Shown here in pieces: positions 28,067 through 40,160 of a DNA stretch of 64,000 nt. The notes under the pieces were generated by a model that ran no database searches, had not been told where the DNA came from, and worked only from the letters and a program-made list of their open reading frames with translations. A program made the translations under genes and the position numbers. The first letter of the stretch is position 1; every line of letters begins with the position of its first letter. The DNA comes from Haliotis cracherodii (Eukaryota), in contig NW_027266308.1 in the NCBI RefSeq assembly GCF_022045235.1, positions 51,770,001 through 51,834,000 of the forward strand. Direction: 5' to 3'.

Positions 28067-29848
28067 TGAACTAGCCAAAGGCAGCAAGACAGGAATGTGA
28101 AGCAGCCCTGCCTGCCCTATGTGATAGACATGTCACACACCACCGAGCACACCACTCACAACTTCTGTCCTGACACACCTCATCGCACAATGACACAGTA
28201 CTCACAATCCCTCAGCGGCATGCAAGTGCAATTGGGTTACAAATAATTCACAATTCCCATACAAAGTTCAGGTGATCCTGGGTGTGTTTTTCAGCCTGAA
28301 CAGTAACATATGCTAACAAATGTTATATTTGGGATATCACTTTCCCAGTAAAGTACAGATTCTCGAACTTTTTTTTTTGGTGGGGGAGGGGTCGAGTCCC
28401 ATGCAGGATTTAAACCCTCACTGCCAGAGTGAAGCACCTAATCGCCAACACACAAAGTCAGCGATCTAATGCACTCAGCCACCAAGGCTTCCACAAAATG
28501 AAAGTCTGACAACCGGTAGTCTGGATCATGTACTTTGTGTACCCCTCTAACAAGCGTAAATCAAATAGCGTTGATTGATGCTCATGATGTCAATCAATGG
28601 ATTGCCTGGTCCAGACTCGAATATTTACAGACTGCCGTCATATAGCTGGAATATTGCTGAGTGCGGCTCTAAACGACAAACAAACAACAAACAACCAACA
28701 AGTGTAAATTGGCACGGCTCCCATTGGCCAAAAGCTGACTTTGTGTGCTGGCGATTAGGTGCCTTATTCTGGCAGTGTGGGTTCGAATCCCACTTTCTAA
28801 ATGGCATTGTGAGTTCATAGTAACATAAGATGCCTGAAAGTGAATATATATAGTATGTGTACATTTAGCTGTTTAGTTTTCTTTATTCATTTCCAGTAAA
28901 CACCTGGATTTGATCTCCACAAAGATTGAGAAAGATGGCTCTTCAGCTCACCTGAATTTTACTGGAATATTTGCAACACAATATTCGAAGATGTTAAAGG
29001 TCATACTTAAAAGGGGGCAAACAAGAATATGCCAGCAACAAAAATGTATGAATATTTAATCATATGCCATAGTATAAATCATATTATATGCTATGTTGCA
29101 TACCACAATCTTACTGCATTTCAAATTTCATTTCATGATAATTCTAAAAATGCCTTAGCACATGGCAAAAATTACATTTTCAATATGGCTGCTATGGATG
29201 CCCTGTCTAAAATGGGACCTGAAGTCTGTTGACAGCTTTCAGAGCAATATAGCTTTAAAAAAACAATCAACCTTTCAGCATCACAGACCTCTAGGGCTGG
29301 GACAGGTCCAAATATACTACCAGAGGACCTACTCTCTATTACCACGATTACCCGACCATACCTGGGTATCCACTGTAGGTCTCAAGAGTTGGGTACTGAT
29401 TGGGAATTCTTTGACCATCGCCATGGAAAAATGTATTAGATACACGTATAAAACAATCTGGCAATGCATACACTGAAGTTTACTGAAGTTTTATCTTTAT
29501 TCAAACATATAAATTTCAGAAGGAATGAGTGCACAGTCAGAATATAATGCGAACATTGGTGACTTGTAGTGTAACAATCAAGTTCCAGTTAATTTTTGTC
29601 ATTAAACAATATCAATATATCACATGACTAACCACGGGTCCGGGTAGTCCTGTGGGTACCCACTCAGTACCCACCGGACACGAGCACCTGAGTTACCTGT
29701 CCAAGCCCTACAGACCACATTGTTTGAGAATTATTTTAAATATACAATTTGAAAAAAAACGCCTACAACTGATGGACATGTTAAGTGTCCACCTGCTTCG
29801 GCAGTATTTCAGTTCATGCTTTCCTGAGAGTATTGTCCTGTCTTGACA

Positions 29849-30238
29849 GTGTGAGTGAGTATAGTTTTATCCTGCTTTCAACAATATCTTAGCAAGGGGA
29901 CACCAGAAATAGGCTTCACATATTTTACCCATGTGAGGAATCAAACCCCAACTTTGGCATAACAAGTGAACGCTTTAACCACTAGGCCACCTAAACATTG
30001 CTATCATCTTCAGAATCTGTCAATGCTTCAATACAACTGGACAATGGACTTCCCACCTGAATTGTGAAAGAGTGAGTGAGTGAGTGAGTATGGTTTTACG
30101 CCACTTTTAGCAATATTCCAGCAATATCACGGCGGGGGACACCAGAAATGGGCTTCACACATTGTAGCCATGTTGGGAATCGAACCTGGGTCTTCGGCGT
30201 GATGAGCGAACGCTTTAACCACTAGGCTACCCGACCGA
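29849..30238 (-). mobile_element. Two SINE A copies (about 29849-29990 diverged; about 30072-30238 young)
   Basis: Second copy has TSD ctgaattgtgaaaga. Confidence 0.85.
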
Positions 30239-30968
30239 CTGAATTGTGAAAGAGAAAACTGAAATAAGCATAACTGTGTATTATGCTACACTCATGACTT
30301 AAAACTGGCATTTTTTCTCTGTACCATTTTGCACCCAAAATATATTCTTTGCAAAAACAAAACAACAGAGCGGTTCAGTCAATAACTAATATAGATGTAT
30401 TTTCCAAATACATTGTGATGACTATTCATTCAAAACAGTCAACCTTCATGTCATTGACAACTACCGTTACAATATGTAACAGATGTTAAGGCAATTTTTA
30501 TCCTATTCAAATGTGCTTGATTTAGGCTTCTGTTATAATAGCAACAAACGTTTGAGTGTTTCTGCACAAAAGTGGACAACTTTTTACTAAATGAACATTT
30601 TAATATATTATATCATGGATACATGCTCGGTAAAGAGCACTATAGCCTCATGTAACTAAAACAGCATGTTCAGTTGTCAAGCAATCCATATCAAAAACAA
30701 ATTGAAATCATGTTTTTTTGAAAGATTACCCAATGCAGTGACCCACATGAAGGATCCTGGTCCTTGAGGTCAACTGCTAAAGTACTGGACCATTTGAAGT
30801 AATAGACCCCCTTAAGTTATACTTTAAACATTAGGGGTAACCATGGTAATGACAAAGACCCACTTGACTTTCAGGCCTAAGTTCAAACCCTGCTGAGTCA
30901 ACAGTTTCACTGAACATGCTAAAAGGACTAGTGACTAACATATTCACAGAGTTACAGCTGGATATCAA

Positions 30969-31240
30969 CCGTGAAGATCCTGGGTAGAACAGGTCTTCAG
31001 CAACCCATGCTTGCCGTGAAAGGCGACTATGCTTGTCTTAAAAGGCGACTAACGGGATCGGGTAGTCAGGCTCGCTGACATGGTTTATGCATGTCATCGT
31101 TTCTCAATTGCATGGATCGATGCTCATGATGTCAATCACTGGACGGTCTGGTCCAGACTTGATTATTTACAGACTGCTGTCATATAGCCGGAATATTGGT
31201 CAGTGCGACGTTAAACAAGAAACGAACAACAACAACAAAA
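30969..31240 (+). mobile_element. Retroposon family B, full length
   Basis: Starts ccgtgaagatcc..gggtagaa.aggtcttcagcaacccatgc, ends in an (aac)n tail. Confidence 0.85.
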
Positions 31241-31699
31241 AAGTTGATATTAAACTCTACTTATTGAAGGATATAGAGGGACAAACATATGTGGAACAAT
31301 TTTTGTCAAAGTACAAAATTATGTCCAATTAATCCTTTTAAGATTACCACCATGTTTTAGCAAAGAGGTGACATACCAAATATCAACATACCATGCTTAA
31401 GAAGCATTTTTATTGAAAACACACGTAAACTTTCTTCTGCAATATTAATTTTCAGCTTTAACATGTACCAAATAATATACCTTAAGAAACCAACACCCGT
31501 TTAACAAGCTGGAGCTACAACAAACATCCTGTTTAAGAATATATCATATTTCCTACGCAAATATTTACTGTGTGCATGTGCAGCCACTGTTAGAAACTGA
31601 TCATGCAAAATGTTCAAATAACCTGTCTTGCAAGGTGCAAAAAGCTGATGAAGATATTTCGAGACGTCTGCCAGACACTGACTGATGATGAGAGCAATT

Positions 31700-31761
<62 letters not shown>

Positions 31762-31849
31762 AAAATGAGGTAAATGTTCACTCGGTGTACATGTAATATA
31801 TAATAAAATAATAAAGTCCACGTTAGTCCATCATCTTCTTTATATCAGT

Positions 31850-31903
31850 TTCATATACATAGTACTTTCGCTGTCTCATGACAGCTCTTCAGTGTTACAA
31901 ATT
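31850..31903 (-). ncRNA. Type I minimal hammerhead ribozyme (Penelope-like element type)
   Basis: CUGAAGA core, stem II GCUGUC-auga-GACAGC, GAAA, palindromic helix III AGUACU, CUA cleavage triplet. Helix I is about 9 bp with one bulge (uuuguaaca / uguauaugaa). Confidence 0.8.
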
Positions 31904-31948
31904 CACTGAAGAGCTGTCATGAGACAGCGAAAGTACTATGTATATGAA
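31904..31948 (+). ncRNA. Mirror-image hammerhead core with truncated helix I
   Basis: cactgaagagctgtcatgagacagcgaaagtactatg. Identical core, but only about 2 bp of helix I remain. Confidence 0.7.
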
Positions 31949-32317
31949 ACTGATATAAAGAAGATGATGGACTAACGTGGACTTTATTATTTTATTATAT
32001 ATATATATATACACACACACATACACAACTTGTGATCTGTAAACTGAAGATAAACCCATGACAGGCTTGACAGCCATCTCAGTTGGAAAACTTTACCACC
32101 GACATCACAAGGGCATGTAGGCATATGAAAATGTAGAAACACATCTGAACAAATAAAAGAGCATTTTTTTCATCATCAGAAATTGTATGAGTCCCATCCT
32201 GATACTCCTTTTGTCATCTTGGTTCTCCTTAGATCTGTCTACCTGATATTACCAGGTTTTTTCAACATTTTTATAATAAAAACATCCTTAGCTATCCTTA
32301 AGCTTTCTTATAGCATA

Positions 32318-32663
32318 CCGTATTCAACGTGATAAGCGCCCCGCTCTAATAAGCTCACATGGCGATATTTGCTAATATATTGGCTAATGGACAATCCCAA
32401 TTAGCACCCCTTCCGATTGATCAATGTACACAAGACTTATTTATGCGTGTACAATACACACTCGTTAGTTATATGCACCCTTAATTAATCATGTTAATGG
32501 CAATTAAATTCTGGAAAAAATAAATCTGTTGTACATAAACATTTCAGCTGTCATAAATCACGAAATTTGTCTTTCAACTCTAGTTTTTTCACCAAAATAA
32601 TTTCTAAGAGCCCCCTATTTCTAATTTTTAGAGCGCCCTGGGCGCTTATTACGTCGAATACGG
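32318..32663. mobile_element. Tc2-like MITE, same family as 11753-12085, opposite orientation
   Basis: TIR ccgtattcaacgt / acgtcgaatacgg, TA TSD, internal homology. Confidence 0.85.
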
Positions 32664-34589
32664 TATTTGCCCATTTTAATCTGGTTTATGTATCCAGCTA
32701 CTTTGCATGGGTGTTACTAACTTTAGTAATCTTGTAGTTTGTACCAAGAGCCAAATGATATTATGGGGTATCAAATGATTCATTGTGGTTTGATGTATAA
32801 TATGCATGGCCCTTAAAATAACTGTCCATTTTGGATTGCACACAGAGCACAAAAGGATTTAACCAGATACGCTAGATATATATCTTCACAAAATCATTTT
32901 ATACAAGCAATGTCACAGTGACTCCCTTGAGAAAGCAGAGCTGCAAACCTCGACCTAGGTGGAATATTGTTATAGCCGAGCAAACGTTCCCGGATTTCCC
33001 ATTGAAACGTATATTATTATGCCCCTGAAAGAGGTATACCTTTTGTATGCATTTTGATAAAGTTTAATGATGTAGAATCAAAATAAATTTGTCGTAATGG
33101 ATTTCACATGGACGTTAATCTAGAAATTTGGAACAAAATATGCATCGGAAACACCGACATGTCTGTATATATAAAAGTAGTTGTCCATACATCCTCAGCT
33201 GGGAGTGATCTCCCTTGTTGTCACTAAACGTAAACACAAACGCACAATGGTCACAGGAAATAGTTAATGAGATAAATACTGCTCATGCAAGACATATCAC
33301 ACAGTTAAAGTTGGTATTGTAGCGAATATAAATTCAAATTATAAAGATTTATCAAAATATACAGTGAATATGCTTCGGGAAATGCCGACCCACACATTTC
33401 ATTGTTAGCAGCGTGCCACTTGCCATGTGTATCTTTATTATACTAGTAGGATAAATTAAATATTTTGGCTAAATGATCGTAATGACGACAAACGTTGTGT
33501 AATATATATATTTTTCTTATTTAATAAGACCAAAAACAAAAGTGCTAGTGGTATGAGTTAGGCCTAGACATGGCTACACCGTGCCGCACTGCCAAAGGTT
33601 AATACTGCTTTCCTCCCCGCTAATAATGATTACAAAGGCGTCTGTCGGTTTACACGTTCTAATACTAGAAAACACAAAGAAAGCAAGTTGAATATTTTCT
33701 GTAAGAAAAACACAAGCAAAGATTTATTTACAGATTAATGAAGGAACCTTGCAATTCAAGCGACCCCAGCCCTCTAAAGCCGGAACCAGTAAGAAAAAAT
33801 AAAGTTCTCTTTTAATGATGTACACGAACAGTGTCTGATTTGTGGGCGACAGGACGGGGACATCACATTAGGAACAATCCATGGTTCAAAATGTGTAGTC
33901 TCAGCTGCACACAGTCGTCAAGATGAAGTATTGAGTCGCATCATAAACGTCAAGCATGATGATTCACTGACATTATCATACCTAGATCTGTCAAATCAAT
34001 AAAGTGGTCGTCTTGTTTAATCTCTGGCTTCAAAAAGCATCGTGGTTACAACAAACTACTCACAATTCAGTCTTTTGAACGAGCTGTTGACCTAAATGCA
34101 GCAGCAATAGGATTGGGGGACATGGGTGTAATTGGGAGGATAAAAGGTGAAGTGAGTGAGTGAGTATGGTTTTAAGCCGCTTTTAGCAATATTCCAGCAA
34201 TATCACGGCGAGAAGGTTTATATCATGAGACTTGTATGAGACGATTTCTGAGAGCAGCCAATCAAGTACAACATATGAATGACAATGACGATGATCACAC
34301 GATTTCTGAGAAATCTGTGTATGATGAGGCATTTGCAACTAGTGGAGGAGATAGAAATCGATCTTTTCACAGAAGGAAAAGCTCTATCAATGGCAAAATT
34401 CACCACAAGATATAATGAACTCATAACAAATCAGTCCTCAAACAACAGCAACTACAAAAGTGACAAACTTAAAACGAGACTCTGTCTTTTTTCGGCGACA
34501 GAATATCAGTGTGGAGTATTGCTGGCAAGGGGTCACCAAACATGTTACCCAGCAGTTCCATAACTCTGGCTGATGTAATCCACGCAGCT

Positions 34590-35215
34590 AATGCTGCAAG
34601 ACGGCTTACTGCATATTTGTATGACCCCAAAGAAAGCATGAAACCCATTCACCATGACCTCAACCTCACGAGAGCTAGGATGTGCATGAGAAGAAATACA
34701 GACCTCTCTTTCCCTCCTCCTTGTGAGTCCGGGTTTGAACAGCACGTAAAACGTGCATGGGGCAAACACAAATTTGGAGTGAGTGAGTGAGTGAGTTTGG
34801 TTTTACGCCGCTTTTAGCAATATTCCAGCAATATCACGGCGGGAGACACCATAAATGGGCTTCACACATTGTACCCATGTCGGGATTCGAACCCGGGTCT
34901 TCAGCATGACGAGTGAACGCCTTAACCACTAGGTTACACGGCCGCCCCCAAATTTGGATGAAGTCACATGAAGCACTGTCTGACCTTGGAAGTCCTTTAG
35001 ACTTTGGGTGGACAAAAACTGTGAACATGTCGCTTGTACCGAACTTCTTTGAAGGGCAATCTGCATCAGAGCTGCTTGAGAGCCTTGTGTGCCACTGTGT
35101 ACGTGGTATCTGTCACACCAGATGCACATGCAGACAAAATAATTTGACATATGTTGAATTATGTTCTTGTGGGGCTCAGGAGAAATGCAAAAACAATGCT
35201 GATGGACTTGTGTGA
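34590..35215 (+). pseudogene. Academ transposase C-terminal pseudogene fragment
   Basis: Frameshift near 34760, and a SINE (34779-34948) with TSD caaatttgga splits the KRA..Q..IW motif. Confidence 0.78.
34779..34948 (-). mobile_element. SINE family A inside the Academ element (3' fragment also near 34150-34210)
   Basis: TSD caaatttgga. Confidence 0.88.
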
Positions 35216-36403
35216 ACGCTGTGAACGACGTTGTGATTGTTGTGAACGCTGCGAACGCTGTGAACGCTGTGAAGGTATCTCGTTGAAACTGTTAAAATAT
35301 TTGTTTATACTGCGCGAAATTGTCTAACAATGTAACATACCATAAAGGGTAGTAGCTATAGCTTCATGGATAAAGCCATGTTAGTAGTTAAGGAATTATT
35401 CACTTTTAACTGTCTTCGCACAGGATTACACTGATACTTAAGTACAATATAAGTACAATACCTATTTGGATGACTTATTGTACAAGCTGTTCTTCAGAAT
35501 CTATATCTTTAAAGATTCTGTGGCCATCAAGTCATAATGACTCGCTATGAAATAATTTACAAGCAATGAAGTATGTATTGCCGTCATTTTATTTCGGAAT
35601 AGCATAGAAAATTGACTGAAATTTACCTACATTCAAATGCCTGATAAAAAAAAACTGTCCACATCGTTTTTATTACGACATGCATTTTTGTAATCCATAT
35701 GTTTCAAGCTTTCATTTGATATATAATATGACTATACCTCTTCCCGGGGCAAAATGATCATCACTTTCTGGTCTCGTTTCCTGCTCTATTAATACCTAAT
35801 TAAGACTCAAGTAGAACTAACACTCTTTGACTTGTCATTGCACTGAAAATTTATTCGTTCACATGTGAGATCAACAAAGGTGCAGAGGAATAATGTCAGT
35901 TCTCATTGTCAGCTGTGCTGCATCAAGGTAATATGCTGACCGGATTACAGGTGGGAATATACTGTTCACAGAGATATTCGCCTTCACTGTATGTCAATAA
36001 GTGACGCTCTGCTGGCTAAGCAGTCAAGCGTGTACATTTCAGCAGTTCATGCTGGGACGAATATCAAGGGCAACTGTTCAAGCAGGAAACACAAGCTGCT
36101 TCTGCAGGCTACATGCACTTTGGGGAGCCTGACAATTCTTTTAGAAGTCTAAATTTGTCTATCAGTGTGATACAAAAAGACAAATATTGATTTCATAGTC
36201 GAACAATACATGACAAAAACAATAAAAGTGTCATAGATCAACCAAGAGTGTTAGATATTTCATGATATGTTAACTGATGCTTTTTACTGAGTTCTAATGA
36301 AGCTGTCACATTGCAAATCCCACCTGTCAATATCCAATGTTGACATCGAATGCTAACGCCACGCGTCCGAACTCACACCTGTTAAGACAAAACATGAACT
36401 TAC

Positions 36404-36726
36404 CATCTATTCAGCAGAAAGTTAAGCCATTCCACAGTCTCGCTCTGTCGCAATGCTCTTTTTCTGTGTAAAGTAGCCTCTTCAAAATCCAAGTGTCTTT
36501 TGATAATCCGACTGATCTTAGCTCTCCATATCACAAATAAACAAGAAACTAGAAAGAATACCCACAGGAATGAACATCCATAGCAGCCGAGCCCCCATGC
36601 AATAGCAACCAAGGCTGCAACCAGAATATACATTCCAGTGAGGCTTGTCACAGCCTCTTTCTGTCCATCCCTGGCTGCTTTTATGTCCACATTTTTTACA
36701 TCACCATTTGCAACTTTCGTCGCCAT
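36404..36726 (-). CDS. Extended synaptotagmin/tricalbin-like SMP-domain protein, coding exon 1 (membrane anchor and start of SMP domain)
   Basis: ATG at 36726 (MATKVANG...). Long hydrophobic segment GMYILVAALVAIAWGLGCYGCSFLWVFFLVSCLFVIW followed by ETVEWLNFLLNRW, the typical E-x-x-E-W-L-N start of an SMP domain. Donor TG|GTAAGT, phase 2. Confidence 0.85.
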
Positions 36727-37199
36727 CCTGAATTTACCGCTTACTACGGTTACCACCGTCTAGTGTACCATGTTGACATGTCCAATCGGTTCCTGACTAA
36801 CATTTGACCTCACAGCGATAAAGTATTTTCGCAACGACTTGTTAACATGTTAAGACTTATTTGAGTCGTCTACTGGAGCATAGCTTGGTGCATGGTTACG
36901 GGGTTTTCACAGGGGGAATTACTCTTTCTAAATCTAACGCGGACCCAACACTTATGGAGATACCAACACTAAGTGTGACTATTACTTTACTGACCAATGG
37001 GCTAATGACTTTAAAAAGGGCGTGGCGATCGTCGCAAGTCAACAGACATATAGACAAACAGGTGTCTAAGAACAATGTGTGTACAGTACAATTTTCATAT
37101 AACATTCAAGATACTCAACACATAAAATATACATACATCCATAAAGGAATTACGAGATATTATGCATGAAATAGACAAAACGAGAGAGCTTACACGAGT

Positions 37200-37492
37200 T
37201 TCGTAAAATCAATATTACACACATGCGAGCGCATGACTAACTAAGGGTAAGTCGGGGCTAATCTTCTGCAGGTTTTATAGTGCTAGCCAACTGCGATACC
37301 ATGCTGCAGTTTAACCCACTGAGACACAATATACAGACTTTGAGCCCGTGGGTTCTTGCTTCATTGCCTTAATGACGAGCGCCAGGCAGGGCAACAACAA
37401 GTACCGTCTATTTTTCGTATGACACGGCTAGGGGTTCGAACCACCGACCTTCCACACACCGGGTAGATGCTCTATCCACTAGACCACGGAGC
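37200..37492 (-). mobile_element. tRNA-derived SINE family C (Meta/MESC-like central domain), between the divergent genes
   Basis: A box tggtctagtgg, B box ggttcgaacc, then gtcatac...ggtacttgttg..ccctgcctggcgctc..cattaagg. Related copies near 40975-41290, 52960-53250 and 59605-59880. The domain name is from recollection. Confidence 0.7.
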
Positions 37493-38379
37493 CTAAGTGG
37501 CGATTCTACTGATCGGGTGACTAAATTGGTTGAACGCTTGTCATCGTACACAAACGGTTTGGATCGTTTCTCATAAATATATGAAAACAATAAATTGACC
37601 ACCGCCTGATGAGTGCGGCGAAACAATATACACACATATCAAAGCCAAGAAACGTATTTGTCCCGGGTTGATTTATATGTAAAGGCATGCATGTATTGTG
37701 CTGGATAATAAGTCATTTTCTAAAGACAACAATGGTCCATAACTTGAATGAGATGTTACTTTTCCATTTTTTTATACTTATGTGTCAAACGCTTATGAAT
37801 ATAGTATGGTCATGAACAATGAAGTGCTGCTTCATTGACCTCATTCAAAATATTTATGATTGCCAGGTAGGAACAGTGTCAAAAGGTTTGGAAATTATGG
37901 AGGGAAAATGACACTTTCCGTTGACTCATAAATATCATAAACAAAATTCATATCACGCAGAAGGCATAACTGAGTCAATAATAAATTGTACGTATCGCAC
38001 CCGTTTGAAGCTCACGCTAATATATTTGAATATAATAGGTTTCGTGGAAAGCAGAATTTGACAATAGAGTTTGTTTATTTCCATCTCGCGCCACAAGCTT
38101 CACGAAATATTATGTCCACAGTATCCTTGTTACATATACGCATGACCAAAACCTTAAGGCAGAGTCGATATTTAGCTGTCAGTGCATCTGGTACAACTTT
38201 TGCGTCAGCTCTATCATTCACGCGTTTCAATGACTTCGGTAATACCGGTGTAATGATATATGTTACCCTCTGAACAAAAGGTAACAAACTTGAAACGTAC
38301 ATCGTACAAGTTTCAGTTTCAAACACTGTTAAGTGGATATTCATATTACTCAACTTCGAAGAGTCACATAATGTTGTGA

Positions 38380-38560
38380 TATCAAATTGGAATGCTTTTT
38401 AGAGAATACTTAATTTGAAGCGTGAACGATGAACACTTTTTGTAAGTAGGAACACAAAATACTCAACACAAGGGGAGGTAATAAATAACGTGGTTGACAA
38501 CGTTTCTCCTGACCAATCAAAAGAAGCGACACAGTTTTCGAATGTGGATGTTGCCAGTGT
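38380..38560 (+). promoter_or_regulatory. Putative G2/M-type promoter of NUSAP1 (CCAAT boxes and CHR-like sites)
   Basis: ATTGG near 38386, TTTGAA near 38414, CCAAT near 38513, then TTCGAA near 38537, within 230 bp of the ATG. This fits the NF-Y/CHR architecture of mitotic genes, but the motifs are short. Confidence 0.45.
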
Positions 38561-38609
38561 TGATGTGTGTGATTTCCGCTTCGGGACAGGATTAATATAA
38601 TCTAACAAA

Positions 38610-38699
38610 ATGGAACAAATGTTGAAGAATATAGATGATATGAAATATAGTGAATTGCAAAAGATAGCTAAAGGTGTTGGCATAAAAGCCAATGTAAAG
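38610..38699 (+). CDS. NUSAP1: NuSAP exon 1 (SAP-like domain MEQMLKNIDDMKYSELQKIAKGVGIKANVK)
   Basis: ATG in aaaATGg context. Resembles the vertebrate NUSAP1 N-terminus (LKYSDLQNLAKSLGLRAN). Donor AAG|GTTTGT, phase 0. Not in the ORF track because it is short. Confidence 0.85.
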
Positions 38700-39875
38700 G
38701 TTTGTATATTTTGTTGTCCTTGAAATTGAAATGTCAGCTGATGAGAGTTTGCGATGTTTGATGAAATGGCTTCGTATGTAAATTCCGACTGACGTTTGTT
38801 GGATTTCAAATATATCGTGATATCAAGACTTTCGAAAATCTCGTGGAGTAAATATGATGATAAAGTTAAATCGTCAACAAGTTCAGCACACAAACCCGCA
38901 CAGACAATTCCCCAGATGTAGGCCTATTCTCTCCAATATTTTCTGTATGAGGCCTAGGCCTACAACATACAACAAGAGGTAGCCAAATAACATAAAACAT
39001 TATTATTTTATTTTATTATATTTTATTTTCATTGATTTAAACATATATTCAAAACAAACAAATAAGTCCATTGATAATAGTACGAGAAGGTTTTAGAGAT
39101 GAGATCCCTCAAGATTCCTGTTTATGAACATTTGTTTTAACAATAGTAAGCCTTCCTAATCCATTCCAAAGCCAATTTACTCCGATAATTTACTAGAAAC
39201 ATAATCTGTTTTTTATTGAAGTACTCTTACAATAAGGTGACATTAAAAGCAAAATATTGTTTGGTATGGAGAATTATATGTGTGCGAATTGTTTGGACAC
39301 CTATTTACCATGTTAACAATAAACAATAGATTGCATGAGCATATTTTAACTATTCAGCAACAGGATTTGCTACAGAGTTGTCATCTGCCAATGGCAGAAT
39401 GGTTGTCCAGATGCCTCCACAAGGAAATGTCACCAGTTTACCTGAAGTTATCTAGGCTCAGACTAATTTTGAACCCTGATCACTCCAAATACAAGCGTCC
39501 AAAGCAATTTTCCCAAATCAATCCAAATATTGCATTACATAATCATTGATAATCATGATAATGACTGTTGACATCTACTTCATGGTCCCTCCCTTGATCA
39601 CTTGATAACCTAACCTTGATATCGAACAGTATTACCTTATATGGGGGTAGAATCAACTACGACCATGTACACAACTCCCAAGAGTAAATAATTGATCAAT
39701 TTCCAGTGATTGCAAATGAATATATTATGTAGAGGCCCTATGTTCATTTTTGGAGTAAACTTACACATTTAGTCTCAGTCAGACTGATTATATGCATGTT
39801 ATTTTTGTGTTTACCCTGCTGTTATGGCCAACCTGCATTATGTACACTATATCCTCAATAGCAAGTAGTATACTG

Positions 39876-40160
39876 TAGAGCTGGCTGAAAACAATCAATA
39901 ATTGCAAGTATCATTGATGGGAAGAAATATTAATGATTATCGATATAAAATTTGTCATCAATAATATCTCACATAAACCACGAGTAATCCATGCATAAAC
40001 CATGAATGTGTTACCACTCACCAGTGTCATGAAGTGTGCTGATTTCTTTCAGACTGTTTTGCAAATTTGCTCAAACTTACCTCACTGATATTTATTGATA
40101 ATTGATCAATATGTAATGATGATTATCTCTCTCTATGATCAGTACCGATAGCCAGCCCTA
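39876..40160. mobile_element. hAT-like MITE
   Basis: TIR tagagctggct / agccagcccta, 8-bp TSD gtat(a/t)ctg. Confidence 0.72.

Larger units (their letters stand above)
31796..32002. repeat. Perfect inverted repeat, 99-bp arms with 9-nt spacer, flanked by (TA)n; probable inverted Penelope pLTR remnant
   Basis: 31796-31894 is the exact reverse complement of 31904-32002. (TA)n at 31702-31759 and near 31997-32011. Confidence 0.9.
32973..35788 (+). mobile_element. Decayed, internally deleted Academ-like DNA transposon
   Basis: TAG...CTA termini, TTA 3-bp TSD, degenerate TIRs (tag....g.aaacg and tgccc..g.aagaggtata). Transposase C-terminal remnants PPPCESGFEQHVKRA, QIW...SPLDFGW...LVP and CHC..C..RCTC...CSC..CKN. 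Confidence 0.8.

Noticed and set aside
37600-37640. ctgatgagtgcggcgaaac hammerhead-like core
   Set aside because: Stem II is only 1-2 bp, and there is no helix III, NUH triplet or helix I.
38399-38893. 164-aa minus-strand ORF
   Set aside because: It is antisense to NUSAP1 exon 1 and its promoter, has a non-ATG start, and shows no recognisable protein features.
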